In this document: piece by piece, positions 12,872-24,827 of the stretch
Numbering within the stretch: the first letter of the stretch is position 1
Layout of the letters: the number at the start of each line of letters is the position of its first letter
Assembly (NCBI RefSeq): GCF_030028105.1
Contig: NC_092398.1
Coordinates: forward strand, 16,434,182 to 16,498,181
Source of the DNA: Mobula birostris
Lineage: Eukaryota
Direction: 5' to 3'
DNA length: 64,000 bases
Notes under the pieces: model-generated
Told to the model about the DNA's origin: nothing
Databases searched by the model: none
What the model saw: the letters and a program-made list of their open reading frames with translations, nothing else
Program-made: the position numbers and the translations under genes

Positions 12872-13049
12872 NNNNNNNNNNNNNNNNNNNNNNNNNNNNN
12901 NNNNNNNNNNNNNNNNNNNNNNNNNNNNNNNNNNNNNNNNNNNNNNNNNNNNNNNNNNNNNNNNNNNNNNNNNNNNNNNNNNNNNNNNNNNNNNNNNNNN
13001 NNNNNNNNNNNNNNNNNNNNNNNNNNNNNNNNNNNNNNNNNNNNNNNNN
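12872..13049. other. Assembly gap (178 N)
   Basis: Run of N. Confidence 1.
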
Positions 13050-13284
13050 GAAACGATTTAGAAAACCACCTCGGCACATCCCAACTCGCCTTTTTTAAAA
13101 GCAAAAAAAAAATACCTGTAGAATATACATTAGTATGATTTTCGTATTTCTGAAAAAAGTACTTCCTCATTCTCTTTTGCTGTGACCAAACAGCATTCTC
13201 TTTCTTAAGAACTTTCGCAGCGACAGCGAAACCCGAATCCTTTCCTGCGCACTCATGGAATGCCCCTTCACAGACACTGTGAGT

Positions 13285-13627
13285 GGCTCTGAAAAGAGCC
13301 TTTCGGTAGCTGGGTTTCATATTCTCTGTCTTCACCTACTGGATCGTCCGTTTCTTTTGAGCAACAACACGGCCTGGATATTGAGTAACACAACGTCCTG
13401 GGCGATTGTCACCCCTCCTGATGACGCGGTCCTTCTTGTTGTCCCTGGCCGCGTTGCCAGCCAGTTCAAGAATTTAAGCCGTCAGATACTCGAGCACAGA
13501 ACCCAGAGAGACCGAAGCTCCGACACCCACTTGCTCAGCATAGTTGCCCTTTCTCAAGAGCTTATTAACACGGCCCAATAGGAACTGGGCCGGGGACAAG
13601 TTCTCCTGCTGGTTTTACTTCCTCCAT
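13285..13627 (-). pseudogene. H2A: Histone H2A pseudogene, unit 2, with a perfect stem-loop (13285-13300)
   Basis: [12 protein letters not shown] and [12 protein letters not shown] are recognisable, with stops and deletions. Stem-loop GGCTCTTTTCAGAGCC. Confidence 0.9.
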
Positions 13628-14170
13628 ATCAACAAGCTGAGCAACACCCAGGGAATGAGGAAATGCTTCCGGTCCACGGCCTTCCTGTATGGCCCTGAGG
13701 GGATGCAGTGAGACATTCAGGATTGGTGTATCAACGCTTAAATTCATTGGAGAACAAATAGAAAAATCAAAAGCGCGAAAATAACTTCTTACCCGCCGAA
13801 AACAAACTGAAACTTGATACCAGCCCGCCAAAAATCCTTTGTGCAAACCTAATCTAAAATCAAATAATTGCAGATCTGCTTGTGGGATAATTCTCCGAAT
13901 TAACCCATCACTGAAGTCTGACATATCTAATGTTTGAGTGCAGCTAATATTGCAGAAGTGTCTCGGGATTTCATTTAACGATATCTCTACCCAGAACAAA
14001 ATTCGATTCTCAGATGCTGTCCCCGTCAGACATTATGTGAACGGCATCATGTTACGGCCGAGTTCTTCTCAATCTACGGTTTGAGTTTAGCCTGCAGTTT
14101 GGACAAATTATTGGTTGAAGTACCGTCTGGCATTGAAATTGAATGCAGCTCTGTTAACGAAATAGTGAGT

Positions 14171-14186
14171 GGCTCTTAAAAGAGCC
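14171..14186 (-). promoter_or_regulatory. H2B 3' stem-loop, with HDE at about 14146-14155
   Basis: GGCTCTTTTAAGAGCC followed by AACAGAGCTG. Confidence 0.95.
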
Positions 14187-14218
14187 TTTGGGTTTTCGGT
14201 TTGTTTTGGCAGCACTCT

Positions 14219-14590
14219 TCACTTGGAGCTGGTGTACTTGGTCACTGCCTTTGTTCCCTCCGACACGGCGTGCTTGGCCAGCTCCCCGGGCAGCAGTAGG
14301 CGCACTGCGGTCTGGATCTCCCGAGAGCTGATGGTCGACCGCTTGTTGTAATGGGCTAAGCGGGAAGCCTCGCCAGCGATGCGCTCGAAAATGTCATTTA
14401 CGAACGAGTTCATGATGCTCATGGCCTTGGAGGAGATGCCAGTGTCAGGGTGAACCTGCTTCATCACTTTGTAGATGTAGATGGCGTAACTCTCCTTCCT
14501 CACCCTCCTACGCTTCTTGCCAGACTTGCCTGATGGCTTCGGCAGCGCTTTCTTAGCGCCCTTCTTGGGAGCAGGCTTCTGATCGGGCAT
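14219..14590 (-). CDS. H2B: Replication-dependent histone H2B (123 aa)
   Basis: Intact intronless [13 protein letters not shown]...[26 protein letters not shown]...TKYTSSK, with promoter and stem-loop. Confidence 0.97.
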   Translation of the reverse strand: MPDQKPAPKKGAKKALPKPSGKSGKKRRRVRKESYAIYIYKVMKQVHPDTGISSKAMSIMNSFVNDIFERIAGEASRLAHYNKRSTISSREIQTAVRLLLPGELAKHAVSEGTKAVTKYTSSK

Positions 14591-16032
14591 TTCTTCCGTC
14601 GAGTTCAGACTCGAATATGCAGCAGTTCCGGCGGAGCGCGTATTAAATAGGAAATGCTGACGTCGTATGCTAATCAGGGAATGGAGTATTAGAGGATGTT
14701 CATTGGCTACATTGATAGACGACTCACCATCGAAATTTCAACGACAAATCCTATATTTGGATATCAGAGTTTACATGAACAGTCGCTCGCTCCACCAATC
14801 AGAAGCCTCTCCCAGCCGACTGACCCGGAATCATGCCGGGAAGCGACTGTTCTCCGTGCCGTTCATTGCGACTGCAGGGGTACAGTAAGAAGGTAGAGAG
14901 ATACTGGATGTTGAGCAAGCTCAGGCCCGCAGGATACGTAGTGGTGCATTCAGAACATCACCTATATCAGCTCTCCAAGTCGAAATGGGGGAAATACCAT
15001 AAAGACTTCGAAGAATAAAGCTAAGAATAAGCTAATTACTGGGTTAACATCATCATGGGACATAACTACTCACATCCAGCTAAAGCTATATTAAAAGACT
15101 GCTGGGAACATAATAAGTCAATTTATAATAGCTTTGGATGGATCGGTGATGCAGCAGCAGAAAAATATGGTCTACACGAAATGGAATATAGCCCTACAGT
15201 TCCAATATCTGATGTTCCTCCTTGGCTCTTTACAATGCATACAATAGATAAAAACCTGCTACAACCTTTAAAAAAAGTCTAACTATGGAATCAAACAGAT
15301 AGTACAAAAATATATAGATTCACATTTTAGAAATGAACTTGTAATATTTACAGATGGATCAAAACACCCTAGATCTGGCCACACAGGTATTGCAGTCTAT
15401 ATTCCTCAGAGCAAAACTAGTAACAGGAAAAGAACATCAAACCATTTATTAGTGTATTCAACAGAATTAATGGCAATATTAGATTATGAAGACACTCAGT
15501 CCTCATTTATTGTCATTTAGAAATGCATGCATTATCTTATGTTTTGAGTGCATTATCTTGGGTAGAAGAAAATAATATCAAAAAGGCTGTAACCTGTTCA
15601 GACAGTTGATCTGCGTTAATCTCAATCAAATCAAGAAAATCAGAAAGTAGACAGGATATTTTATTGGAGATTTTATGCAAGTTATATACACGGACCAAAA
15701 ATGAGGTAGAAGTAAGCTTTCTTTGGGTTCCTGCTCATTGTGGAGTGGAGAGTAATGAAAAGGTGGATAGTATAGCTAAACAGTCACTCAAATCGTCTAT
15801 AATAGGGGTCCAGATCCCTCTTAGCAAAGTGGAAGTCAAAAGTATTGAGGAGACATGGCAGAAGCATTGGGATGAGAGTAAAACAGGGAGACAACTGTAC
15901 AAAATAGAGAGGCAAGTCAGATACAGAACACTGTCAAGTGGATATAGAAAGACAGAAGTGATCATCAGTCATTTGAGAATCGGACACACTAATCTTAATT
16001 ACACATTACACAAAATAGGGAAACATCCAACT

Positions 16033-17369
16033 AGACATCTTCTCACCCTGTCTCTTGCACTCACAGCTATCTGGACTATTCCTCTTCTCAAACTGTCTCT
16101 TGCAAAAATGCCATCCCCTTCTTGCAATTCCTCCGTCTCCACCGCATCTGCTCTCAGGATGAGGCTTTAAAATTCCAGGACAAGGGAGATGTCCTCCTTT
16201 TTTAAAGAAAGGGGCTTCCCTTCCACCACCTCAACTCTGCTCTCAAACACATCTTCCCCATTTCACGCACATCTGCTCTCACTCCATCCTCCCACCACCC
16301 CACTAGGAATAGGGTTCCCCGGTCCTCACCTACCACCCCCCCCCCCAGCCTCCGGCTCCAACATATTATTCTCCGTAACTTCCGCCACCTCCAACAGGAT
16401 CCCACCACTAAGCACATCTTCCCCCCCCCACTCTGCTTTCTGCAGGGATTGCTCCCTATGCGACTCCCTTGTCCATTCGTCCCCCCCCCTCCCTCCCCAC
16501 TGATCTCCCTCCTGGCACTTATCCTTGTAAGCGGAAGAAATGCTACACATGCCCTTACACTTCCTCCCTTACCACCGTTCAGGGCCCCAGACAGTCCTTC
16601 CAAGTGAGGCGACACTTCATCTGTGAGTCGGCTGGGATGACATACTGCGTCCGGTGCTCCTGATGTGGCCTTCTATATATTGGCGAGACCCGACGCGGAC
16701 TGGGAGATCATTTTGCTGAACACCTACGTTCTGTCCGCCAGAGAAAGCAGGATCTCCCAGTGGCCACACATTTTAATTCCACATCCAATTCTCATTCTGA
16801 TATGTCTATCCACGGCCTCCTCTACTGTAAAGATGAAGCCACACTCAGGTTGGAGGAACAACACCTTGTATTCCGTCTGGGTAGCCTCCAACCTCATGGC
16901 ATGAACATTGATTTCTCTAACTTCCCCTATTGCCCCACCTCCCCCTCGTACCCCATCCATCCGTTATTTATTTATATACCCACATTCTTTCTCTCTTTCT
17001 CTCCCCTTTTTTTCCCCTCTGTCCCTCTGACTATACCCCTTGCCCATCTTCTGGGTTTTTTTTTCCCGCCTTCCCCCTTTTCCTTCTCCCTGGGCCTCCT
17101 GTCCCATGACCCTCTCATATCCCTTTTGCCAATCACCTGTTCAGCTCTTGGCTCCATCCTGTCTTCTCCTATCATTTTGGATCTCCCCCTCCCCCTCTCA
17201 AATCTCTTACTAGCTCTTCCTTCAGTTGGTCCTGATGAAGGGTCTCGGCCTGAAACGTCAACTGTACCTCTTCCTAGAGATGCTGCCTGGCCTGCTGCGT
17301 TCACCAGCAACTTTGATGTGTGTTGCTTGAATTCCCAGCATCTGCAGAATTCCTCGTGTTTGTGTTTTT
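16033..17369 (+). mobile_element. Penelope-like element (GIY-YIG endonuclease end and pLTR) nested in the LINE
   Basis: LLYIGETRRGLGDHFAEH...LEEQHLVFRLGSLQPHGMN; 12-bp TSD AAACATCCAACT at 16021 and 17370. Confidence 0.92.
17223..17264 (+). ncRNA. Minimal type I hammerhead ribozyme motif in the PLE pLTR
   Basis: CTGATGA-AGGGTCTCGGCCT-GAAACGTC core with flanking complementary CAGTTG/CAACTG. Confidence 0.8.
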
Positions 17370-19199
17370 AAACATCCAACTGGGTTGTGTGAAGACTGTA
17401 GTCAACCAGAAACAGTTGAACATGTATTGATAAAATGTAAGAAGTATCAAAAAGAAAGAGTGAAGATGATAGGAGCGCTTAAGGTAAACAGAAAAACTGA
17501 TGTGGGTATAGAGACATTTTAAGTGGGAATTCAAGAGAAATACAGATCCGTATCATGAAGTATCTGAAAGACTTAGGTTTATTATATGGAATGTACCGAA
17601 TGCAATTCTTTTCCCTTCTCCTGTTTACCCAATGATCCACACTCCTGTCTAGCAGTTGGTGGTAATGCACCTTGGAGGTGGAGGTGGAGGTGGAGGTGGA
17701 GGTGGAGGAGAAGAAGAAGAGAGAAAGTTGTGGCTGACATTAAACATAGGAAAACGTAAATTACAAATGCAGATGAAATGAACTCACATTCAGATGAATA
17801 GTTCAAAGTAAATTTATTATCAAAGTACATATATGTCACCATCAAGAAGCAGGATTCATTTTCTTTCAGACATAATAACCATTCCTGAAACTAATGGTGT
17901 GAGTCCTGAGGCTCTTTCACCTTTGTCCTGATAGCAGACTGAGAAGAGAGCATGTCCTGGGTGGTATTATACTAATAAAAAAATTAGTTAGGCCCATCTC
18001 TGGAGTGGAGTCTAGGCCTCTTCTGAAATACTGTAGTATTAAACTCTATTCAAGCCTCCTCGGGAGTAGAGCTTAAAGTGAAGTTGGGACTCCTGTGGAG
18101 CTGTGCTAAAATTCCAGTTAAGCTTTCTCTGGAGTGCTGTTCAAAAATCTAGTTCAGCCTTCTCTAAGTTTAAAGTTCAAAGTACATTTTATTATCAAAA
18201 TATGTATAAATTACACAATCTTTGGATTTGTCTACTTACAGGCAGCCACAGAACCCAATTTAAAAAAAGATGATCACCCAATCTACATAGAGAGTAAAAA
18301 AACAAATCAATTCATGCAAACAATAAAGCAAGCATCAGTTTTCAGAATGAAATTGAGTCTATAAACCTGAAGCTAAAGAGGATGAGAGTATGCAAGTCCA
18401 GTTCAGCCTCCTCTGGATTAGAGTTAAGAGACTAGTTCGGCCTCCTATGGAATACTCCATTCTAGTCCAGTTCGTGCATTATAGGAAAGAATTGAAGATT
18501 TTGGAGAGGATTCAGATTTAGGCCACAAAAACAGAAAAAGGTCATTCAGTCCATCGATTTTGCTCTGTCATTCCATCATATCTGAGTTATTATCCCTGTC
18601 AATCACATTTTTCGGCCTTATCTCTGTAATCTTTGACTCCCAACAAATCAAAAACCTATCTAATTGCGCTTATATATGCTCAGTGACTTGGCCTCCACAG
18701 ATGTCTGTGACAAAAAAAAAAACACTGAGTAACTACCCACTGGCTCGAGAGATTCCTCCTCATTTCTGTTCTTAACAGCAATCTCTCTATTCTGTGGCTG
18801 TGCCACCTGGTCCTCAACTCACCCAGTACAGAAACATCCTCACCACATCTACTCTATTCAGGCCTTTTCATATTCGATAGATTTCAATAAGATCACGCCT
18901 CATACTTCTGAACTCCAATGAGTTGAGGCCCAGAGCCATTAAGTGCACAAAATACATTCACACTTTCACTCCTGGAATGATTCTTGTGAACCTCCTCTGG
19001 ATCCTCTCGAACACCAGTGCAACTGTTCTTAGATTATAGACTAAAAACTGCTCACAACACAGCAAGTGCAGTCTAACCAATGCCTTATAAAAAAGCCTCA
19101 GCTTTACATCCTTGTTTTTTTGTTCTTGTCCTGTCAAAATGAATACTAACATTGAATTTCCCTTCCTTACCACTGACACCAAAGGAAGAGTAACACTAG

Positions 19200-20870
19200 C
19201 GATCATGCAAAGTGTTTAAAACATATTCAAAAACTGCAGGACCAACTTACACAGCAAGGTATAATATGTGCTTTTGGATCTGAAAAAGGGAAAGAAGATG
19301 AATATGGACATTGATTGGCATGATTTAGCAGACAAAGCTACTAGATACGCTGACAATAATTACAGAGCACCATTTCCGGAGGAACTCCCACTGACACCAT
19401 ACTAACGGGATCCGGTACCATCTGCACAATTGGCACCCCTAATTACTCTCAGAGAGGGGGGGAACAGGGGACCAAATCAAAATCAGAATAGAACAAACAC
19501 CACACCATTTGGGATACAGCAGCTTAGAGATATTGCTAAGGATATCGGAACATGTGTGCTCAGGGAGGACACGAGAGATTTTCCAAGCAATTAGTCATCA
19601 GAGAATAATACATTGCCCAGACGACTCTCAGGAAAGGAAAGTGGTTATAATATGCTTTTAAAAAATAATAATATGCTTACACACAAGTATACACTCACCT
19701 TTGTCAGATATACAATGACATGGAGGGGGAACAAGTGAGGGACTGTAAAACACAATAATGAGTGTTATGGGTGTTAATAGAGGGGACCCAGTAGATGTGC
19801 TAGCCAAATGTTACCAGAGGAGAGGTGAACATCCCGGTTATGGACTGTGTTCCAAGGGGTTTATTGGACAGCATTAGAGCGGGACCCTTTCGGACCAGGG
19901 GCCTCAAATAGATGGTTGAGGGCACTGGTGTCTCACTGTACCAATGAATCTAAAAAGGCAGTGGAAATGTTTGACCCTTTTGAACTCATACATACTGAGG
20001 CATGGGTACTGAGGAAAATGTGTAGAGCATGGGAAAAAGAGATACAAAGCCCAAATAAACTCCCTAATGGACGGTGACGCCTATTAAAAGTCAGGTACCT
20101 GCATGGAGAAATGAGGGTAGGGGACCTACAGCGAGGGCCTCCCTGCCGCACTATCAAGGGGCAAGGAAGAGCAGAGGAAATGGAACAGGCAGAACTGAAG
20201 GTGCAGTAATTAAATGCTACAACTGAGGTCAAAAGGGGCACATTAAGAGAGAATGTCCAAACCAGAGACGAGAAAGAACAGAGCAATGCGGTTTGCCCTT
20301 GGAGGGGCCAGAAAGGTGGAGCCTACAAAATAACATAGCTGAGACACCTCCATCTAGGGAATTGTACCCTGAGCTTCAATGATGGAGTCAGGCCTCACCA
20401 ACCTGGGTGTGTGACACAAGGTGGGATGAAACCGGAAGACGTCTAGTGAGTGGTAGGGCCAGAGGACACACTGTTACCTTTTTGGGGGATACTGCAGGAT
20501 CCCAAACCACTGTCAACATCACTAATATAAATAATGTAAATTGGAAGATACAAGGTAAAATTATCCAAAGTGGATTCACAGGACATTCACAAGTGGGACA
20601 TGTGAGTGTACCACTGGAAGTTAGAATAGGAGACATATCATTGAAGCATTCAATAGTGTTGGTGGAATTACCCAGGGAGCAGGACCATATACAGGGGTGT
20701 GATTATATGGCCAAAGCGGGGCTTTGCTTTGACCCAGTTAATTGTATGATTTGGCAGATGCCAACTGGCATGAATAACATGCGTGCGCAGCTCTCCAGTG
20801 AAAATGATATTGTGTCCGTAAAATAGGGGCCGTGGACAATTTTGATTTGATGGAAAATGGACGTAAAAGC
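19200..20870 (+). mobile_element. Decayed gag-like region and retropepsin of an LTR retroelement/ERV
   Basis: ORF 20407-20826 has VTFLGDTAGSQTTV (FLxDTGA-like) and HIQGCDYM (ILGxDFL-like). Broken upstream frames look gag-like. Confidence 0.75.
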
Positions 20871-20874
20871 ACAG

Positions 20875-21370
20875 AGGAACATCTGGAGAAATTTCTGAAA
20901 CGCCCGTTCGCTGCTGTCGTTACTGTGTGGTCGTGAATCTTTCGGAGGGTAGGCCTCAAATCCCCAGCCTTGCCTGCTTTTGGCGACCGAGAAGGAGGTC
21001 AAATTGTTCGGACAGAGATGACGCTCAGTACTCGGTGTCGGAGAGCTGATCAGAACCCAAAATTTTTGGATGACTCAGAGTCCGATTGTGGTCGGCATGG
21101 CAGGGAGAATTTTTCTTCCTTCTCCTGTCTGCGTGAGATGTGGGACATTTGAGAAACTTTGAACTTTACAGTGCTCACGGACTTCTTCAAGTTATGGTAT
21201 TGTTACACTGTTTGTAACTATATGTTATAATTATGTTGTTTTGTCAGCTTTTTCAGTCTCGGTTTGTCCTGTGTTTTGTGATATCACACCGGAGGAAATA
21301 ATGTGTCATTTCTTAATGCATGCATTAATAAATGACAATAAAAGAGGAATATGTGTCTTCATAATCATCA
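20875..21370 (+). mobile_element. Non-LTR retroelement 3' end or SINE-like repeat
   Basis: Ends ATGCATGCATT...ATGACAATAAA...CATAATCATCAT. The same tail occurs inverted as a ~50-bp insert at about 15482-15535. Confidence 0.5.
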
Positions 21371-21663
21371 TAGTCATAACATACACAAGATGCAGACCCA
21401 GCAGGAGTATATCAGGATAGAATATGCACAACGGGTGAAATGTGGGTAAAACTGGAGGAGATGAGCAATGATCAGAAGGTGCAGCAAATCATTGCACAGA
21501 ACTCGCAGGGATTTGCAACACACAAGCATGACTGCAGAAAGACGGCTGCAGATTTGTCTGCTTCCCCTGTTCTTGACTAGACTGCAGTTTCTTCTGGCCA
21601 ACAAAGCAGAACCAATGTAGTTATTCATGTGGCACAAGATGAGATGGACAGCATTACCAGTGA

Positions 21664-22112
21664 AGCAACACACATCAAAGTTGCTGGTGAACACAGCAGG
21701 CCAGGCAGCATCTCTAGGAAGAGGTACAGTCGATGTTTCGGGCCGAGACCCTTCGTCAGGACTAACTGAAGGAAGAGCTAGTAAGAGATTTGAAATTGGG
21801 AGGGGGGAGGGGGAGATCCAAAATGATAGGAGAAGACAGGAGGGGGAGGGATGGAGCCAAGAGCTGGACAGGTGATTGGCAAAAGGGATATGAGAGGATC
21901 ATGGGACAGGAGACCCAGGGAGAAGGAAAAGGTGGAGGGGTGGAAAAACCCAGAGGATGGGCAAGGGGTATAGTCAGAGGGACAGAGGGAGAAAAAGGAG
22001 AGAGAGGAAAAGAATGTGGGTATATAAATAAATAACCGATGGGGTACGAGGGGGAGGTGGGGCATTGGCAGAAGTTAGAGAAGTCAATGTTCATAGCGGA
22101 AGTTAGAGATGC
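21664..22112 (-). mobile_element. Penelope-like pLTR fragment with hammerhead motif (21727-21768)
   Basis: Highly similar to 16900-17330; flanked by the direct repeat TACCAGTGAAG at 21655 and 22113. Confidence 0.88.
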
Positions 22113-23563
22113 TACCAGTGAAGGCTAGGAAGATGGAATGTTATTAATAGTCAGTCCTTGTTTCCACCCACCACCCCAACCTATCTATTATGGCAATATC
22201 CCTCTTTCATTTCAGTCCTAAAGAAGAGTCAGTCTGAAATGCCAACGGTTTATTCATGCCCGTAGATGCTGACTGACCTGCTGAATTTCCAGCACTTTTT
22301 ATTTGAGTGTTGCAGGATCTGCAGGATCTCTTTGTGTTCAGCAAATTCTGAATTCAGAGTTGCAAAAAGACTACCAACTTGCAGCTTCAGCTAAGGAAGA
22401 CAATAGCATTAGCATTCATTTCCAGAGGACTCAAATACAACAAGATAGTGCATGGTGGAAATCCAGATTAGCTCATACAAAATGCTGGAAGATCTCAGCT
22501 AGTTAGACAGCATCTCTGGAAAGAAATAATCACTCGATGTTTCCGGCTGAGACTTCGTGCACAAAAAAAAATTAGATCAGGAATGTCATGCTAAGGCTCT
22601 ATGAGGCACTGGTCAGACAGCATTTGGGGTATTGTGAGCAGTTAAGAGTCCCTTATGTAAGAAAGTTTGGAATGCTGAACATAGAATGGCATATCACAGG
22701 AAAAGGCCCTTTGTCCCTCAATGTTTTATTGAACTAATTAAATTAGTAATCAAATGACCAAAGAAACGTCTGTCTATATATTATCCAGACACTTCCTCAC
22801 ACACTTACTTATATGAACTCTCTGAAAATACCTGAATACATCTGCCTCTACTATCACCCCAGCATGCACCACACTCTGTAAAAAAAAACTCTCACATCTC
22901 CTTTGTAATAACCCCCTTACATGATTGCTTCTGGTATTAGACATTTCAAACTTGAGAACGTTATCTGTCTGCTCTACGTGTGTCTCTCACAATCTTATGA
23001 ACCTATCACATCTTCCCTCAGCCACTGCCACTCCAAAGAAAACAACCCAATTTTGACCAACTTCTCATTGTAGCACATGCCTTCGAATGCAGGCAACATT
23101 CAGAATCAGAATCAGGTTTAATATCCCTAGCGTGTATTGAGAAAATAGCTGTAAACCTCTTTTCTCACCTTCTCCAAAGCCCCAACATCCTTCTAACAAT
23201 GGGGCAAGTAGAACTGTATGCAATACTCCAGATGAGGCAGAACCAGCATTCTATAAAGTTGAAACATAATAGTTAATACATGGTATTCACAGCAATTAAA
23301 TCACTTCAGCAACAGCAAACACCTTCATCTCTATCTACTCTACGTGTAAAGTTTGTGTGAGAAAATCGCACAAACTGACCGAAGTGAGAAGACAAAATGT
23401 CTGTGTTGGAGCAATGGATAGGAACAGCGACAACAGGATTGTACAAAGCAATGGAAAGATTCATCAACATAAACATCTACCTCCAAGAGTAAAACCTTCA
23501 AGACAAGCTTGTAGCGATCCAATATCGAATTACGAGTACAACTCTTCCATGGAAACTGTAAGT

Positions 23564-23993
23564 GGCTCTTAAAAGTGCCGTTGGGTTTGTCTTATCAGCA
23601 CTCAGCCGCTTCACTTTGTACTGGTGTACTTCATCGCTGCTTTTGTCCCTTCCGACATGGTGTACTTGACCAGCTCCCCGGGTAGCAGCAAGCATACCAC
23701 AGTCTGGACTCCCCAGGAGCTGATGGTCGATCGCTTGTTGTAGTAGGTTAGATGGGAAGTCTCACCCACGATGAACTCGAACATTTTGTTCATAGTTGAG
23801 CTCTTGATGCTCATGGCATTGGAGGAGATGCTGATGCTCATGGCATTGGAGGAGAGTGAACCTGCTTCATCACCTTGTACACGTAGATGGAGTAAGTCTC
23901 TTTCCTCATCCTTTTGCGCTTCTATCTCTTGCTTTGAGCTTTGGACACTGTTTTCTTGGCATGCTTCTTGGCAGCTTTGGATAGTTCAGGCAT
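23564..23993 (-). pseudogene. H2B: Divergent H2B pseudogene of a second lineage, with a degenerate stem-loop
   Basis: Starts [10 protein letters not shown] and contains [27 protein letters not shown]...KYTSTK*. Frameshifts and a 24-bp tandem duplication are present. Stem-loop GGCACTTTTAAGAGCC. Confidence 0.88.
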
Positions 23994-24827
23994 TTCTTAA
24001 ATCTGTTTCAGACACAGAATGAAAGTCCCATCCCTGTAGTAATGAGGATTCGGCAAAAATAAGGTTCTCATTCGTAGATTTGGACAAATGAAAGCTAACA
24101 TTTCAATCTAACCCTTCCATTGGGCAATGTGAATAGATCAACCACAGCCCAGGCTGACCAAAGTCAAAAAGGTTTATCAATGGTTATTTGGTTAATACAA
24201 GGAGACATAAATTTGGGTATCCAATATTGGTAACATTACTGGAGTGTTGTGAGCACTTCATTCACAAGGTCTTCAGTTCTGGGTGGATGGTAAATAAATA
24301 GGTACAAAATATTAGCTTGTTTCATGTGAAATATGATCCCAGTGCACCCCTTTCTGTCACTCCATGGTTTGCCTGTGGATGATTTTAGCCCTTCAAGAAA
24401 ATATCATGATGAAGAATGATTGTATGTCAGTAGCACAGGTATTTCAGTGATATATGCAAAGCAGACATGATAGATTCTTACACTCTACAGGGATGGTTCA
24501 TAAACTCCAGTGACCGGTCGTTCAGGTGTTTCAGTTTTGTTCCAAAGTTTCAGGTTTCTATGAAGAAAAAAATATCAGATGAAGTATCAGAATTCACAGC
24601 AAAGATATTTGCTATCATTTCAGCCTTGGAATGGGTTGAAGAAGTATGCCCTGATTTTGGACATCTGTGCTTTGATTCATTTTTGTTTATTATGTGAAGT
24701 GTTGTATGACATTGGTGATCATAGTTTTTCCATGCTCAGGACTGCTCTTAGCAAATTTTTCTACAGAAGTAGCTTGCTGTTGCCATTTTCTGGTCAATGC
24801 CTTTACAAGTTTCAGGCTTACCATCTA

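Larger units (their letters stand above)
14902..17720 (+). mobile_element. 5'-truncated I/Nimb-type LINE with RNase H and a C-terminal Cys/His motif
   Basis: IFTDGSK, TELMAI, FLWVPAHCGVESNEKVD and GKHPT|GLCEDCSQPETVEHVL. The 3' end is GGTGGTAATGCACC followed by (GGAGGT)n and (AAG)n. Confidence 0.85.

Noticed and set aside
12820-13335. ORFs spanning the N-run
   Set aside because: They are open only because of the assembly gap.
16972-17371. Repeated 'MLVNAAGQAAS...' and 'APSLPLLSSPIILDLP' ORFs at several loci
   Set aside because: Stop-poor frames across the purine/pyrimidine-skewed Penelope pLTR, not host genes.
17673-17720. (GGAGGT)n telomere-like or poly-LH coding repeat
   Set aside because: A microsatellite at the LINE 3' tail; it is not TTAGGG.
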